From: Vicinamibacteria bacterium
GTDB taxonomy: Bacteria > Acidobacteriota > Vicinamibacteria > Marinacidobacterales > Marinacidobacteraceae
Direction: 5' to 3'
Assembly (NCBI GenBank): GCA_963555995.3
Contig: OY821641.1
Coordinates: 864,001 to 928,000, forward strand
DNA: 64,000 bases
In this document: one piece after another, positions 1-10,500 of the stretch
How the letters are laid out: the number at the start of each line of letters is the position of its first letter
Numbering within the stretch: the first letter of the stretch is position 1
Program-made: the position numbers and the translations under genes
The notes under the pieces: generated by a model
Database searches by the model: none
What the model saw: the letters and a program-made list of their open reading frames with translations, nothing else
Told to the model about the DNA's origin: nothing

Positions 1-2279
1 CGGGCGAAGAGGTGTTCGGTGACGAACGGAGTCACGGGATGGAGCAGATGCAGGGTGTCGCTCAGGACGCCTCCCAGGGTGGCGGCGGTCCGCCGCGCCG
101 CCTCCGGCCCGGAGCGGAGCCGCACCTTGGCCAACTCCACGTACCAGTCGCAGAAGTCGTTCCACACGAACCGGTAGAGGACGGCGCCCACGGCGGCGAA
201 ATCGAAGCTGTCCAGGGCCCTTCGGACCTCGCTCGCGCAGGCGTTCGCCCGGGAAACGATCCAGCGGTCCTCGGCCTGCGGCTCGCCCAGCGGGCCTTCG
301 TCGTCGATCTCGTCCAGAGCGATGAGGGCGAAGCGGGACGCATTCCAGAGCTTGGTGAGGAAGCGGCGGCCGATCTCGTGGAACTTCGACAGCGAGAGGC
401 GCATCTCCTGTCCCTCGGAGCAGAGCCGCACCAGGGTGAACCGCAGCGCGTCGGCCCCGACGCCCTCGAAACCGTCCGGGAAGTTCCGCTCCACCCGGCG
501 GAGCAGTTCCTTCATGTTGGTGGGGCGCGCCTCCTCCACCGGCCGCTTGAGTTCCGCCAGGGTGGCCCCGTTGATCACCGCGAGGGGATCCACTCCGTTC
601 CCCTTGCTCTTGCTCATGACGGCGCCGCGTTCGTCGAGCACGGTGGGATGGATGTAGACGTCGCGGTAAGGCAGCCGGTCCGTCATCTCGATCCCGGCGA
701 AGTTCATCCGCGCGACCCAGAAGAAGAGGATCCCCTTGTCGGTGGACAGCACCGAGGTCGGGAAGTAACGGGCGAGATCGGGTGTGTCATCGGGCCACCC
801 CAGGGTGCTCATCGGCCAGAGCCAGGAACTGAACCAGGTGTCGAGCACGTCTTCGTCCTGACGCCAGGCGCCCGGATCGGCGAGCACCTCGGCGGGCGTT
901 TCGACCCCGACGGCGACTTCACCGGTCTCCCGGTGGTGCCAGGCCGGGATGCGATGTCCCCACCAGATCTGCCGGCTGATCGTCCAGTCCCGGATTTCGA
1001 TGAGCCAGCGCGCGTAGACCTGCTCCCAGCGGGCCGGATGGAACCGGAGTTCGCCCTCGCGCACCTTCTCCCATCCAGCTTCTCCCTTCTCGAAGCCGCT
1101 GCGGCGGAGCGCCCGGTCCGCGAGCGGCCGCATCCGGACGAACCACTGGTCGGAGAGGCGGTACTCGATCGGCGCCCCCGAACGCTGCGCCCGGCCGAGC
1201 GGCACCTGGTGGGGGGTCACCGCCTGGAGAAGGCCGGCGGCTTCCAGCGCCTCGACGGCTTCCCGGCGCGCCTCGTAGCGGTCGAGCCCGCGGAACGCCT
1301 CCGGCGCCGCATCGTTCAGGGTCGCGTCCTCGTTCATCACGTTCAGCGGCTCGAGGCCGTGACGCTCCCCGATCTCGAAGTCGTGCGGATCGTGGGCGGG
1401 GGTGATCTTCAGGCATCCGGTCCCGAACTCCCGTTCCACCCCGGAGTCGGCGATGACCGGAATCACGCGGCCGGTGAGCGGAAGCTGGACGCGCCGGCCG
1501 ATGAACCCGCGGTAGCGGGCGTCCTCGGGGTGGACGGCGACGGCGACGTCCCCGAAGAGCGTCTCCGGCCGGGTGGTGGCGACCGTGAGGTGATGGCGGG
1601 GATCGTCGGCGAGCGGATAGCGGATGCTCCACAGGTGGCCCGGTTCTCCTTCCGGCGCCGTCTCGACCTCGTCGTCGGAGAGCGCGGTCCGGTCCACCGG
1701 GCACCAGTTGACCACCCGTTTGCCCCGATAGATCAGTCCACGGTCATAGAGCGCCTTGAAGACCGTCCGCACCGCGCGCGAAAGCCCCTCGTCCATCGTG
1801 AAGCGGGTGCGGCGGTAGTCGCACGAAGCGCCGAGCTTGCGAAGCTGCTCCAGGATGACGCCCCCGAACTCTTCCCGCCATTCCCAGACCCGGGCGATGA
1901 AGGCGTCGCGTCCCAGTTCCCGGTAGTCGACGCCCTCGGCATCGAGGTGCTTGCGGACCACGGTCTGGGTGGAGATACCCGCGTGGTCGGTCCCCGGGAC
2001 CCAGAGCGCGTCCCGGCCTTCCATCCGGCGGTAGCGGATGAGCACGTCCTGGATCGTGTTGTTGAGCGCGTGCCCCATGTGGAGCCGGCCCGTGATGTTC
2101 GGAGGGGGGATGACGATGGTGAACGGCTCCCGGCGCGGGTCGCCGTCCGGGCGGGTCCGTCCCCCCGGGTCCACCTCCGTCTCGAAGGCCCGCGCGCTTT
2201 CCCACCGGTCCCAGCCCTCGGCCTCGACAGCCGCCGGGTCGAGGCGGGTCGCAAGGCCGGCCGCCGGCCCGCTGCTCAT
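1..2279 (-). CDS. valS: Valine--tRNA ligase (3' end runs off the window)
   Basis: Manual minus-strand translation from ATG at 2279 gives PPPNITGRLHMGHAL (HIGH motif), PGTDHAGIST, WTISRQIWWGHRIP, DVLDTWFSS and VMSKSKGN. It is absent from the ORF track because it has no stop in the window. Confidence 0.96.
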   Translation of the reverse strand, partial: MSSGPAAGLATRLDPAAVEAEGWDRWESARAFETEVDPGGRTRPDGDPRREPFTIVIPPPNITGRLHMGHALNNTIQDVLIRYRRMEGRDALWVPGTDHAGISTQTVVRKHLDAEGVDYRELGRDAFIARVWEWREEFGGVILEQLRKLGASCDYRRTRFTMDEGLSRAVRTVFKALYDRGLIYRGKRVVNWCPVDRTALSDDEVETAPEGEPGHLWSIRYPLADDPRHHLTVATTRPETLFGDVAVAVHPEDARYRGFIGRRVQLPLTGRVIPVIADSGVEREFGTGCLKITPAHDPHDFEIGERHGLEPLNVMNEDATLNDAAPEAFRGLDRYEARREAVEALEAAGLLQAVTPHQVPLGRAQRSGAPIEYRLSDQWFVRMRPLADRALRRSGFEKGEAGWEKVREGELRFHPARWEQVYARWLIEIRDWTISRQIWWGHRIPAWHHRETGEVAVGVETPAEVLADPGAWRQDEDVLDTWFSSWLWPMSTLGWPDDTPDLARYFPTSVLSTDKGILFFWVARMNFAGIEMTDRLPYRDVYIHPTVLDERGAVMSKSKGNGVDPLAVINGATLAELKRPVEEARPTNMKELLRRVERNFPDGFEGVGADALRFTLVRLCSEGQEMRLSLSKFHEIGRRFLTKLWNASRFALIALDEIDDEGPLGEPQAEDRWIVSRANACASEVRRALDSFDFAAVGAVLYRFVWNDFCDWYVELAKVRLRSGPEAARRTAATLGGVLSDTLHLLHPVTPFVTEHLFA

Positions 2280-2291
2280 TCCCGCCGCCCG

Positions 2292-3455
2292 CTACCGGCC
2301 GACGGCGGCGACGAGCGCTCCCGCGCGATCGGTGCTCTCCCAGGGGAATCCCGGGGTCTCGTGACCGAAGTGGCCGCCCCTGGCGGTGTTCTCGTAGATG
2401 GGCCGGCGCAGGTCGAAGTGGGCGATGATTTCCGCGGGAGTCAGGCCGAAGACCTCGCGAACGGCGCGCTCGATGGCCGCGTCGTCCGCCTCGCCGGTAC
2501 CAAAGGTGTCCACCCGGACCGAGACCGGCTCCGCGCGGCCGATCGCGTAGGCGATCTGCACCTCCGCCCGGCGCGCCAGTTGCGCGGCGACGATGTTCTT
2601 GGCGATCGAGCGGGCCATGTAGGCCGCCGAGCGGTCCACCTTCGTCGGGTCCTTGCCGGAAAAGGCGCCGCCGCCGTGACGGGCCATCCCGCCGTAGGTG
2701 TCAACGATAATCTTCCGGCCCGTGAGTCCGCAGTCGGCCGCCGGGCCGCCCTCCACGAACTTGCCGGTCGGATTGACGAGGACCGCCGGCGAGCCGCCGC
2801 GAAACCCCTCCGCGAGCACCGGGAGCACCACCTTTTCCTCGATGTCGCGGACGACGCGAGCCGTAGCCTCTTCCGCGTGCTGGGAAGACGCGACGACGGT
2901 GGGGACCGATTCGGGGTCCCCGGCGCCGTTGTAGGCCACCGTGACCTGCGCCTTTCCGTCCGGGCCCAGGTACGGGATCTCGCCGCTGGTGCGGGCCTCG
3001 GTCAGGCGCCTCGTGATCCGGTGGGCCAGCATGATCGGCAGCGGCATCAGCTCCGGCGTCTCGTCGCAGGCGAACCCGAACATCATTCCCTGGTCCCCCG
3101 CGCCCCCCGAGTCCACGCCCATCGCGATGTCCGCGGTCTGCCGGCCCAGGTGGATCTGGACCTCGACCGTGTCGGCGTCGAAGTTGTCGTCCCTCCCGGT
3201 GTATCCGATGCGCCGGATCGTCCGGCGGACCACGGTTTCGAGTTCGCTCCGCGAGGGCCCGTTCCGCGCCGCCGCTTCCCCGGCGATCACCGCGCGGCCG
3301 GCGGTGACGAGCGTCTCACAGGCGACCCGGGCCAAGGGGTCCCGGGTCAGGTAGGTGTCGAGGATGGCGTCGGAAACCTGGTCGGCGACCTTGTCCGGAT
3401 GGCCTTCGGTCACCGACTCCGAGGTAAAGAGCCGCAGGTCGCGGTGTTGTTGCAC
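2292..3455 (-). CDS. metK: S-adenosylmethionine synthase
   Basis: [33 protein letters not shown] and [19 protein letters not shown] motifs. Confidence 0.98.
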   Translation of the reverse strand: MQQHRDLRLFTSESVTEGHPDKVADQVSDAILDTYLTRDPLARVACETLVTAGRAVIAGEAAARNGPSRSELETVVRRTIRRIGYTGRDDNFDADTVEVQIHLGRQTADIAMGVDSGGAGDQGMMFGFACDETPELMPLPIMLAHRITRRLTEARTSGEIPYLGPDGKAQVTVAYNGAGDPESVPTVVASSQHAEEATARVVRDIEEKVVLPVLAEGFRGGSPAVLVNPTGKFVEGGPAADCGLTGRKIIVDTYGGMARHGGGAFSGKDPTKVDRSAAYMARSIAKNIVAAQLARRAEVQIAYAIGRAEPVSVRVDTFGTGEADDAAIERAVREVFGLTPAEIIAHFDLRRPIYENTARGGHFGHETPGFPWESTDRAGALVAAVGR

Positions 3456-3557
3456 GCTAACGGGACGCCTTCCTCGCTTCGGGGTCTGGAACGGTCGTGA
3501 GAGGCGATCTTCGCCGTTCGCCTCGGGATTCGCCGTCTGGGAGAGCGCGGCATGTTA

Positions 3558-3738
3558 ACAGCCTGTGGCAAAACCCACGCGGCGTTCGACGGGCGATGCA
3601 TCCCGGCTGAACCGCGCCTCTGCGAGGCGCTCTGCGTTGCGTTTCGGTCGGAATACACCCGGTATTCCTCCCTCACGCGCCTTGTCAGCCGGGCGCCTCG
3701 CCCGTCTCGGCGCTCACGTGGGTTTCACCACAGGCTGT
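3558..3738 (+). mobile_element. 181-bp MITE, copy 1 (TIR RCAGCCTGTG, TA on both flanks)
   Basis: TA|ACAGCCTGTGG...CCACAGGCTGT|TA. Nearly the same sequence and identical length at 11429-11609 and 32235-32415. No transposase is encoded. Confidence 0.85.
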
Positions 3739-3808
3739 TAGCAGCCCGGTTTCGGTCGGAATCCGTGGCGCGGAGCCACCCTTCCGCCGCCGGATCGGGA
3801 GCGAATCG

Positions 3809-4942
3809 GTGACGGCAGGCGCCCCCCGGCCCACCGCCGTCATCCTCCTGGCCGGCAAGTCGCAGCGGACCTGGCCGCTAACCGCCGACTTTCCCAAACC
3901 GCTCCTGCCGCTCTGGGGCCGCCCGCTCACCGAGCGCGTGCTCGACCAGTTGCGCGGGGTCGTGGACACCGCGGTGCTGGTGGTCGGGTATCGGAAGGAG
4001 CGCATCCTCGACCACTTCGGGACGCGCTACGCGGGCATCCGCCTCGTTCCGGTCGAGCAGCAGAGCGCCCGCGGGACGGCCGACGCGCTGCGGGTCGCGG
4101 CCGCCGCCGTCCGCGGACCGGTCCTCGTTCTCAACGGCGACGACTTCTACCACCACGACGACCTGGCGCGGGTGAGCGAGCACCCGACGGCGATCCTCTG
4201 CCAGGAGGCCAGCGATCCCTGGAACCGGGCGACGGTCACCGTGACCGCAGACGACTGGCTGGTGGACGTCCAGGAGAAGCCTCCCGCGGCCCGGCCCTGG
4301 GAACTCAGCAGCGTGGGGGCCTATTCGCTCAGGCGGGAAGACCTCGACCACCTTGGCGAAGTCCGGGAGAGCGTGCGCGGCGAACTCGAGCTCCCGGACC
4401 TCATTCGGATCCTGGCGCGCTCTCCCGGGGTGCGCGCGGTGCGCGCCCGGCGTCCCTGGATCCCGTTGACCTATCCGTGGGACGTCATCGGACGGATCGT
4501 GCCCCTCTTCGGCGGGAATCCTCCGGGCGAAGGAGCCCGAGCGCTCGGCTTCGAGACCAGCACGGGGGAGATGGGCGAAGGGGCCGTCTTCGTCGGGGAG
4601 GGAGCATCCGTTCATCCCGACGCCCGCCTGCTCGGACCGGTGGAGCTCGGCGCCGGCGCCCGCATCGCCGCCGGGGCGGTGGTGGAACGGGCGGTGCTGA
4701 TGGAGGGGGCGAGCGTGGGGGCCGGAGCGATCGTCCGGGACAGCGTGCTTGGCCGCGGCGCCTCGGTTGGAGAGGGCGCCCGCCTCCGGTCGGGCCCGGT
4801 CGAGCGGATCGAGGTGCTCGGCCACACCGCACGCGTCGGAGTTCCCGTCGTTGGGGCCTGCCTGGGAGCGGGCGCCGGGGTCGCCGCGGGATCCGAGACG
4901 CCTCCCGGCACTCTGCTGGGCCCGGGCGAGGGCTTCGGTTAG
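3809..4942 (+). CDS. Sugar-1-phosphate nucleotidyltransferase with C-terminal hexapeptide (LbH) repeats, GlmU-like
   Basis: ILLAGKSQRTWPLT...PKPLLP, GTADA, VLNGD, EKP and RGELELPD motifs, followed by VGxGAxV hexapeptide repeats. Confidence 0.85.
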   Translation: MTAGAPRPTAVILLAGKSQRTWPLTADFPKPLLPLWGRPLTERVLDQLRGVVDTAVLVVGYRKERILDHFGTRYAGIRLVPVEQQSARGTADALRVAAAAVRGPVLVLNGDDFYHHDDLARVSEHPTAILCQEASDPWNRATVTVTADDWLVDVQEKPPAARPWELSSVGAYSLRREDLDHLGEVRESVRGELELPDLIRILARSPGVRAVRARRPWIPLTYPWDVIGRIVPLFGGNPPGEGARALGFETSTGEMGEGAVFVGEGASVHPDARLLGPVELGAGARIAAGAVVERAVLMEGASVGAGAIVRDSVLGRGASVGEGARLRSGPVERIEVLGHTARVGVPVVGACLGAGAGVAAGSETPPGTLLGPGEGFG

Positions 4943-7209
4943 CGACGCTGCAAGAGCAGGAAGACGGAAGCGAGCCCGAAGAAGAGGTTCGGCGACCACG
5001 CCGCCAGCACCGGGTCGAGCAGTTCCGCGTTCCCGATGGAGCGGAAGAACTGGGTGGCGACCAGATAGACGATCGCGATCGCGAAGGCGATGGCGGCGCT
5101 CGCCCAGGCGCTCTGATTCGTCCTCCGGAACGCGAACGGGAGCCCGATGAGCACCGTGACCAGCGAGGCGAAGGGCAGGGAGGTCTTGGTCTCCAGGGCC
5201 ACGTGGAGCACCGGATCGCGGTGACCGGCCGCCTCGATGGTTTCGATGCGTTCCTCGAGGTCGCGATAGGGGAGGTGGTCGGTCGCCAGGTCCTCCCTGA
5301 GGAGCGCATCGGGTACGGAGACGTCCGGAATCTCCTGGACGGCGAACGGTTCGGCGGCCCGGCCGCCGTGGAGGTCGCGCTCCCAGCCTCCGATCCCGGT
5401 CCAGGTCGCTTCCGCCGCCGACCAGTGGGCGGAAGCCGCATAGCTGCGGGCGGCAAGCGAGGCGCTGTCCGGACCGAGCCGGAACACCGAGAGTCCGCTG
5501 AGGACCAGGTTGTCCGCGTCGAAGTCGTCGTAGTGGTAGATCTGGCCCTCGGGTCCCATCCCCCAGTGCCGCTCCAGCGGATTGACGGTGCGCCGGGCCT
5601 CGCCGCGGATGCGGGCGCCCGTATCCTCGGCTTCGGGCGCCGTCCGGGGGATCAGCCGTTCCTGCAGCCCGAAGCCCGCGCCGCTCACGAGCAGTCCGGT
5701 GGCGAGCGCCGGGACCACGAGGCGCGCGCGGCTGATCCCCCCGGCGAGGAACGCGGTCACCTCGTTGTGCCGGCTCAGGAGGCCGAAGGTGACGAGCGTC
5801 GCCGTGAGGGTCGCGAGCGGCAGCATCTGGGCCGTGAACGCGGGAATCGAGAGACCCAGGTAGCGAAGCACGGTGGTGGTGGCGATGTCCCGCTCGAAGG
5901 CGTCGCCGATTACCGCGTTCAGCAGGCCGATCAGCTCCCACGAGAGCAGCGCCGCCAGCGCGATGACGAGGAACGTGAGGTAGCGGGTGACGACGTAGCG
6001 GTCGAGGATCGTGGGCAGTCCCGGCGGGCGCCAGCGGCGTACGGCCGAACGGCGGCGGGGGACGAACCGCCGGAGCCGGCCGAGGAAGCGGCGGACCGCC
6101 TCCAGGGGGTGCAGCTCGCGGGAAGCCAGCGCCAGCAGGACGACGCCGGCGGCCACGGTCACGATGTTGGCCCCCCACATGGCGATCCAGGGCGACAACT
6201 CCTCCGCCGCTGCGAGCTGCTCGCCGAACATGTTCGGGGCGTACCAGGCGAGGATCACGAGGATCGCCACGGCGAACGATCCGGCGCGCGTCGGTCCCGC
6301 CGACGGGCGGATCCCGATGCCCAGGCCGAGCAGTCCGAAGGCGAGACAGGCGAAGGGAAAGGCGAACTTCTTGTGGATCTCGACCAGGTAGATCGGGTGG
6401 TCGGTGCCCTCGTAGGCGGCCACCAGGTCCGGCAGCCGCATGGCGCGGGCGCTGCGGCTCGGACTCGGCGTCTCCGGGCCGAACACCTCCTCGGCATCGA
6501 GCGGGAGGCGGATCCGTTCCGCGCGCTGGATGCGGTACTGCCCCGGATCGTCGAGCCCGGCGTTGTGGACCTCCACGCCGGTGAGTTCGAGGAACGCCAG
6601 ACGCTCCGCGGGGACGGTCACCAGCCGGCCGCGGTCGGCGACGAAGATGGTCGGTTCGTCGGCGCGCGCGGTGTCGGCGAGAAAGACACGCCTCCAGCCG
6701 TCCTCGCCCGGAGGCACGGCTCCCACGAGCAGGACCCGGCCGTCGAGGAGCTCGTCGTAGAACATGCGAGGCTCGATCTCGGTGCGGAGCCGGGAGCTCA
6801 GGAGTTCGTCTCTCAGTTCGACGAACCGCTGGTTCGCCGGCGGGACGACCTCCAGCATCAGCAGCAGGCACAGGCCGAAGGCAGCGCCCGCCGCGGTCCC
6901 GATCGGGACGAGGAGACGCCAGGGAGAGATCCCGCCGGCCCGCATCGCGATCAGCTCGTGTCCGCTGGAGAGCCGGTTCAGCGCCAGCAGGATCCCGAGC
7001 AGCAGGGCGCTCGGGACGGCCACGGCGAGGAGCGCCGGAATCAACTGGGCGAAGGCCAGCCCCACGGTTTCCGGGTTCGCGCCCTGGGTGACGATCAACT
7101 CGATGTTGACGATCAGTTCGTTCAGCAGCAGCGCGAACAGGAAGACGCCGGTCCCGAGGAATACGCCGGGGGCGATGAGCCGGAGGATGTAGCGGCTGAG
7201 GAGACCCAC
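4939..7209 (-). CDS. lptF/lptG: Fused LptF-LptG LPS export ABC permease
   Basis: Two tandem YjgP/YjgQ repeats (LSRYILR...ELIAMRAGGIS; ILDRYV...NEVTAFLAGGIS; LAAWSPN). Start placed at GTG 7209; the ORF track extends to 7413 through a repeat. Confidence 0.9.
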   Translation of the reverse strand: MGLLSRYILRLIAPGVFLGTGVFLFALLLNELIVNIELIVTQGANPETVGLAFAQLIPALLAVAVPSALLLGILLALNRLSSGHELIAMRAGGISPWRLLVPIGTAAGAAFGLCLLLMLEVVPPANQRFVELRDELLSSRLRTEIEPRMFYDELLDGRVLLVGAVPPGEDGWRRVFLADTARADEPTIFVADRGRLVTVPAERLAFLELTGVEVHNAGLDDPGQYRIQRAERIRLPLDAEEVFGPETPSPSRSARAMRLPDLVAAYEGTDHPIYLVEIHKKFAFPFACLAFGLLGLGIGIRPSAGPTRAGSFAVAILVILAWYAPNMFGEQLAAAEELSPWIAMWGANIVTVAAGVVLLALASRELHPLEAVRRFLGRLRRFVPRRRSAVRRWRPPGLPTILDRYVVTRYLTFLVIALAALLSWELIGLLNAVIGDAFERDIATTTVLRYLGLSIPAFTAQMLPLATLTATLVTFGLLSRHNEVTAFLAGGISRARLVVPALATGLLVSGAGFGLQERLIPRTAPEAEDTGARIRGEARRTVNPLERHWGMGPEGQIYHYDDFDADNLVLSGLSVFRLGPDSASLAARSYAASAHWSAAEATWTGIGGWERDLHGGRAAEPFAVQEIPDVSVPDALLREDLATDHLPYRDLEERIETIEAAGHRDPVLHVALETKTSLPFASLVTVLIGLPFAFRRTNQSAWASAAIAFAIAIVYLVATQFFRSIGNAELLDPVLAAWSPNLFFGLASVFLLLQRR

Positions 7210-7239
7210 GGCGGACCCCCCGGATTCTAGGAAACGGCC

Positions 7240-7290
7240 CGGAACGCCAATTTCCAGACCGGCACGCGCGGCGCTCCGCGCCGCGCACCG
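7240..7290 (+). repeat. Degenerate REP-like copy related to the 23200-23370 repeats
   Basis: GGAACGCCAATTTCCAGACCGGCACGCGCGGCGCTCCGCG resembles GGAACGCCGGTCTCCAGACCGGCACGCGCGGCGCTCCGCG at ~23269. Confidence 0.6.
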
Positions 7291-7505
7291 CACATCGCCC
7301 TGAACCCGGATGGCGTACCAGCACGGTGCTCGATCCATTCCGGCCCCGGACGGTTTCCCGCGCAGGGACCCGGATCGCGGACCCACCGCATCTTGGGGGT
7401 GCGTCGCCCTCAAGGCACAACATGTTGTGGACGGCCCCGGCGACCGCCTACAATACAGTCGGCGTTCGGCGGCGCCGCAGCCACAATCTTCAGGGTGACC
7501 AGCGA

Positions 7506-10500
7506 GTGAGGATCGAGCGGCTCGAGATCGCCGGGTTCAAGAGCTTCGCCGAACCGGTGACACTCGAGTTCGGACAGGGCGCCACCGCGGTGGTGGGGCC
7601 GAACGGCTGCGGCAAGAGCAACATCGCGGACGCGGTCTTCTGGGTGCTCGGCGAGTTGGGCGCCGGCACCATCCGGGCGCGGGGGAAGGAGCTCATCTTC
7701 AGCGGGAGCGCTCTCCGGGAACCCCTCGGGGTCGCCGAGGTACGGCTGCACGTCAGCGGCGCCCGGGGTTCACGCCCGACCGAGGCCCAAAACGGCGCCG
7801 CGGGCAACGGTGCGGATTCCGTCGCCGGAAACGGCGCCTCGCCCGCGGGCGGCGCGCTCCCGGAGACCCCGTGCAACGGCGCCGCTGCCGGAACCGCGCC
7901 CGAAAACGGCGCGGCGGCCGGCGGGTTGCAGCGCGACGTGGTGGTCGGGCGCCGGGTGGACGCCAGCGGACAGTCGGTCTACGAGATGGACGGCCGCCGG
8001 TGCACCCGGCGGGACATCCGGCGGCTGTTCGCCGGCACCGGACTCGGTCCCGGGTCCTACGCGCTGATCGAGCAGGGGCGCGCCAACGAGGTGCTCAGCC
8101 GCAAGCCCGCCGATCTGCGGCTGCTGGTGGACGAAGCGGTGGGGCTCGGCGCCTACCGCCTGAACCGGCGGGAGAGCGAGGCGAACCTGCGGGCGGCCGA
8201 GAAGGCGCTCGAGCGGGTACGCGAGCGGCTGCGGGAACTGGACCGCTTCATCCGGGTGGCGCGGCGCGACTCGCGAACCGCGACCCGGGTCCGGGAAGCC
8301 TCGGATCAGGCGCGGCTGCTCGGCGTTGCCGAAAAGGCGGCGCGGCGCGAGGAACTCCTCACCCGCATCCGCGAGAACGCCGCTCCGGGAGAGGCCCTCG
8401 GCGCGGAGCGCGCCCGGCGGTCCCGGAGCCTTCGGGCCTTCGAACGGTTCGTGGAGGCGCTTCGGGAGCAGGTCGCCGGCACCGAAGTCGAACTTCGCGA
8501 AGCCACCCGGGAGATCGGGGACCTGAGGGCGCGCCGGGCCCACGCGGCGGCGCTCCTCGACGAAGGCGCCCGCGCCGCCGAGGGCCGCGCCGCGCAGGTC
8601 TCCCGTCTGGACACGGAGGCCACCACGCTCGGCGCCCGGCTGGACGATCTCGAAACCGAGCGGAAGGAGAGCGAGCGGCGCGCCGGGGAGTTCCCCGACC
8701 GGCTCGCCGAGCTGACCGAGGCGGCCGCCGCGCGGGCGGCGGCCAGGGATCGCGCGCTGGGCGAGGAACGCGAGGCCCACGCCCTCCTGTGGGAACTGCG
8801 GCGGGAAGTGGATCGCCTGCGGGCGAGCGTCCGGTCGTTCCGCTTGTCACGGGACCAGTACGCGGCCCGGCGCGAGCGGCTGTCGGCGGCCGGACTGGGA
8901 CTCGCGGGGAGCCGCCGGGAACTCGCCGCCCGCCTCGATCACGCGACCGGGGGCCTCTCCGCGGCGCGGGAGCGGGTCCGGGCGCAGGAGGACGAGATCA
9001 GCGGGTTGCGTGGCCGGTTGGAGACCGCCGAGGCGGCGTGGCGCGCCGCGACCGCCGCGGCGGAGGCGGCGCGCGGCGAGGAGGCTCAGGCCGAGAAGGA
9101 CCAGGCCGCCCTGTCGGCCCGCCGCCGGTCGCTCGAGGCGCTGGTCGCTTCGCGCAACCAACTGGGGGAAGGCGCCGCGAAACTCGTCGAGGCGGCCCAC
9201 CGCCGCGGGCTCGCGCCGGGCGGCGCGCTCGGAGAGTTGGTGGAGGTGGATCCGGGATACGAGCTGGCGGCGGAACGGCTCCTCGGCGTTCACCGGATCC
9301 GGATCGAGCGCGTGGCCGACGTCGCGGAACTCGTCGAGGAACTGGGCGGCCCGGAGGCCGGTCCGTCCGAGGTCCTGGTATCCGAGCTGCTCGACGCCTG
9401 CGGTTCTCGGGAGCGGCCGGCGTCCGGCGGGGCCGACCGGTTGGGCGACCATCTGAAACCGGCGGATGCGAGGCTTGGTCCGGTCATTCCGGACGCGGTG
9501 GTCACCACCGATCTCGCGGAGGCGCTCGCCGCCTTCCTGAAGGAACCCGGCGCCTACGTGGCGCGGGACGGGGCCAGCGTGACGCCCCCGGGAGTCGTGC
9601 GGTTCGGACGGGGCGGGCCGGGCGAGGGTTTCCTGAGCACGCGGCGCGAAGTGGCCGAACTCGAAGCCAGGGAGCGTGAGGGAGCCCGGCGGTTGGCCCG
9701 GCTGGCCCGCGCCTCGGCTGGCGCCCGGGCGGCGGCGGACAAGGCGCGATCCGCGGTCGAAGGACTGGGGCAGACGCTCGCGCGGGCGGAGAACCTCGCC
9801 CACCGGCTCCAGCTCGACGCGGACCGGCGCGAGGAAACCGTCGAAGATGTCTCGAAGCGGATCGAAGAACTGGAAGCGGAGGTCTCCCGTCACGGCGAGG
9901 AAGCGGAGGGCAACGAGGAGGCGGACGCCCGCGCGGCCGAGCTCCTCGCCCGCGACGAGGCGCGACTCGGGGAAGCGTCCCGCGAACTCGGCGAGCGGGA
10001 GGGGACCCATGCGGCCCTCCGGCGCGAGCTGGAGGCCCGCGAGGGCGAATGGCGCGACGCGGACCGTGAACTGGCGCGCCAGAACGCGGTGGCCGACGAG
10101 GTCGCGGGCCGGGCGCGCGCCCTGGCGCGGCAGGTTCGGGACGACCGCCAGCGGCTGGAACGGATCCGCGCCGAGCGCGCGGCGGCCGGCCGCGACGAAG
10201 AGGAATGGCGGACGCGGCGGGCCTCCGCCGTGCGCGAACGGGAGGCGGCCGAAACCGCCGTCCGGGACCGGGAAGCCCGGGAAGCGGCGCTGGCGGGCGT
10301 GGCCGCGGACCTGCGGACCCGCCTTGAAGGCGCCGTGGAGGCGGCGCGTCTCAGGACGGCGGAGCTCCGCGACCTCGAAGAGAGGTTGCACGAGCTCCGA
10401 TCGGGAACCCAGGAAGCCCAGGGGCTCCTGCGGGAGCTGGAGGACGAGTTCCAGCGCTCCCGCGGACGTTCGCTCGCCGAGGAGGCCGCGCGCCTGCCGG

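Noticed and set aside
12-3500. 1162-aa plus-strand ORF, and similar long ORFs such as 3878-7423, 8847-11456, 18605-21295, 23618-25882, 41380-45717 and 49564-52347
   Set aside because: These are shadow ORFs, antisense or off-frame to clearly identified genes. They are expected at this GC content and carry no family motifs.
3456-3557. SAM riboswitch upstream of metK
   Set aside because: No SAM-I/II/IV consensus elements could be recognised; the nearby structured sequence is the MITE.
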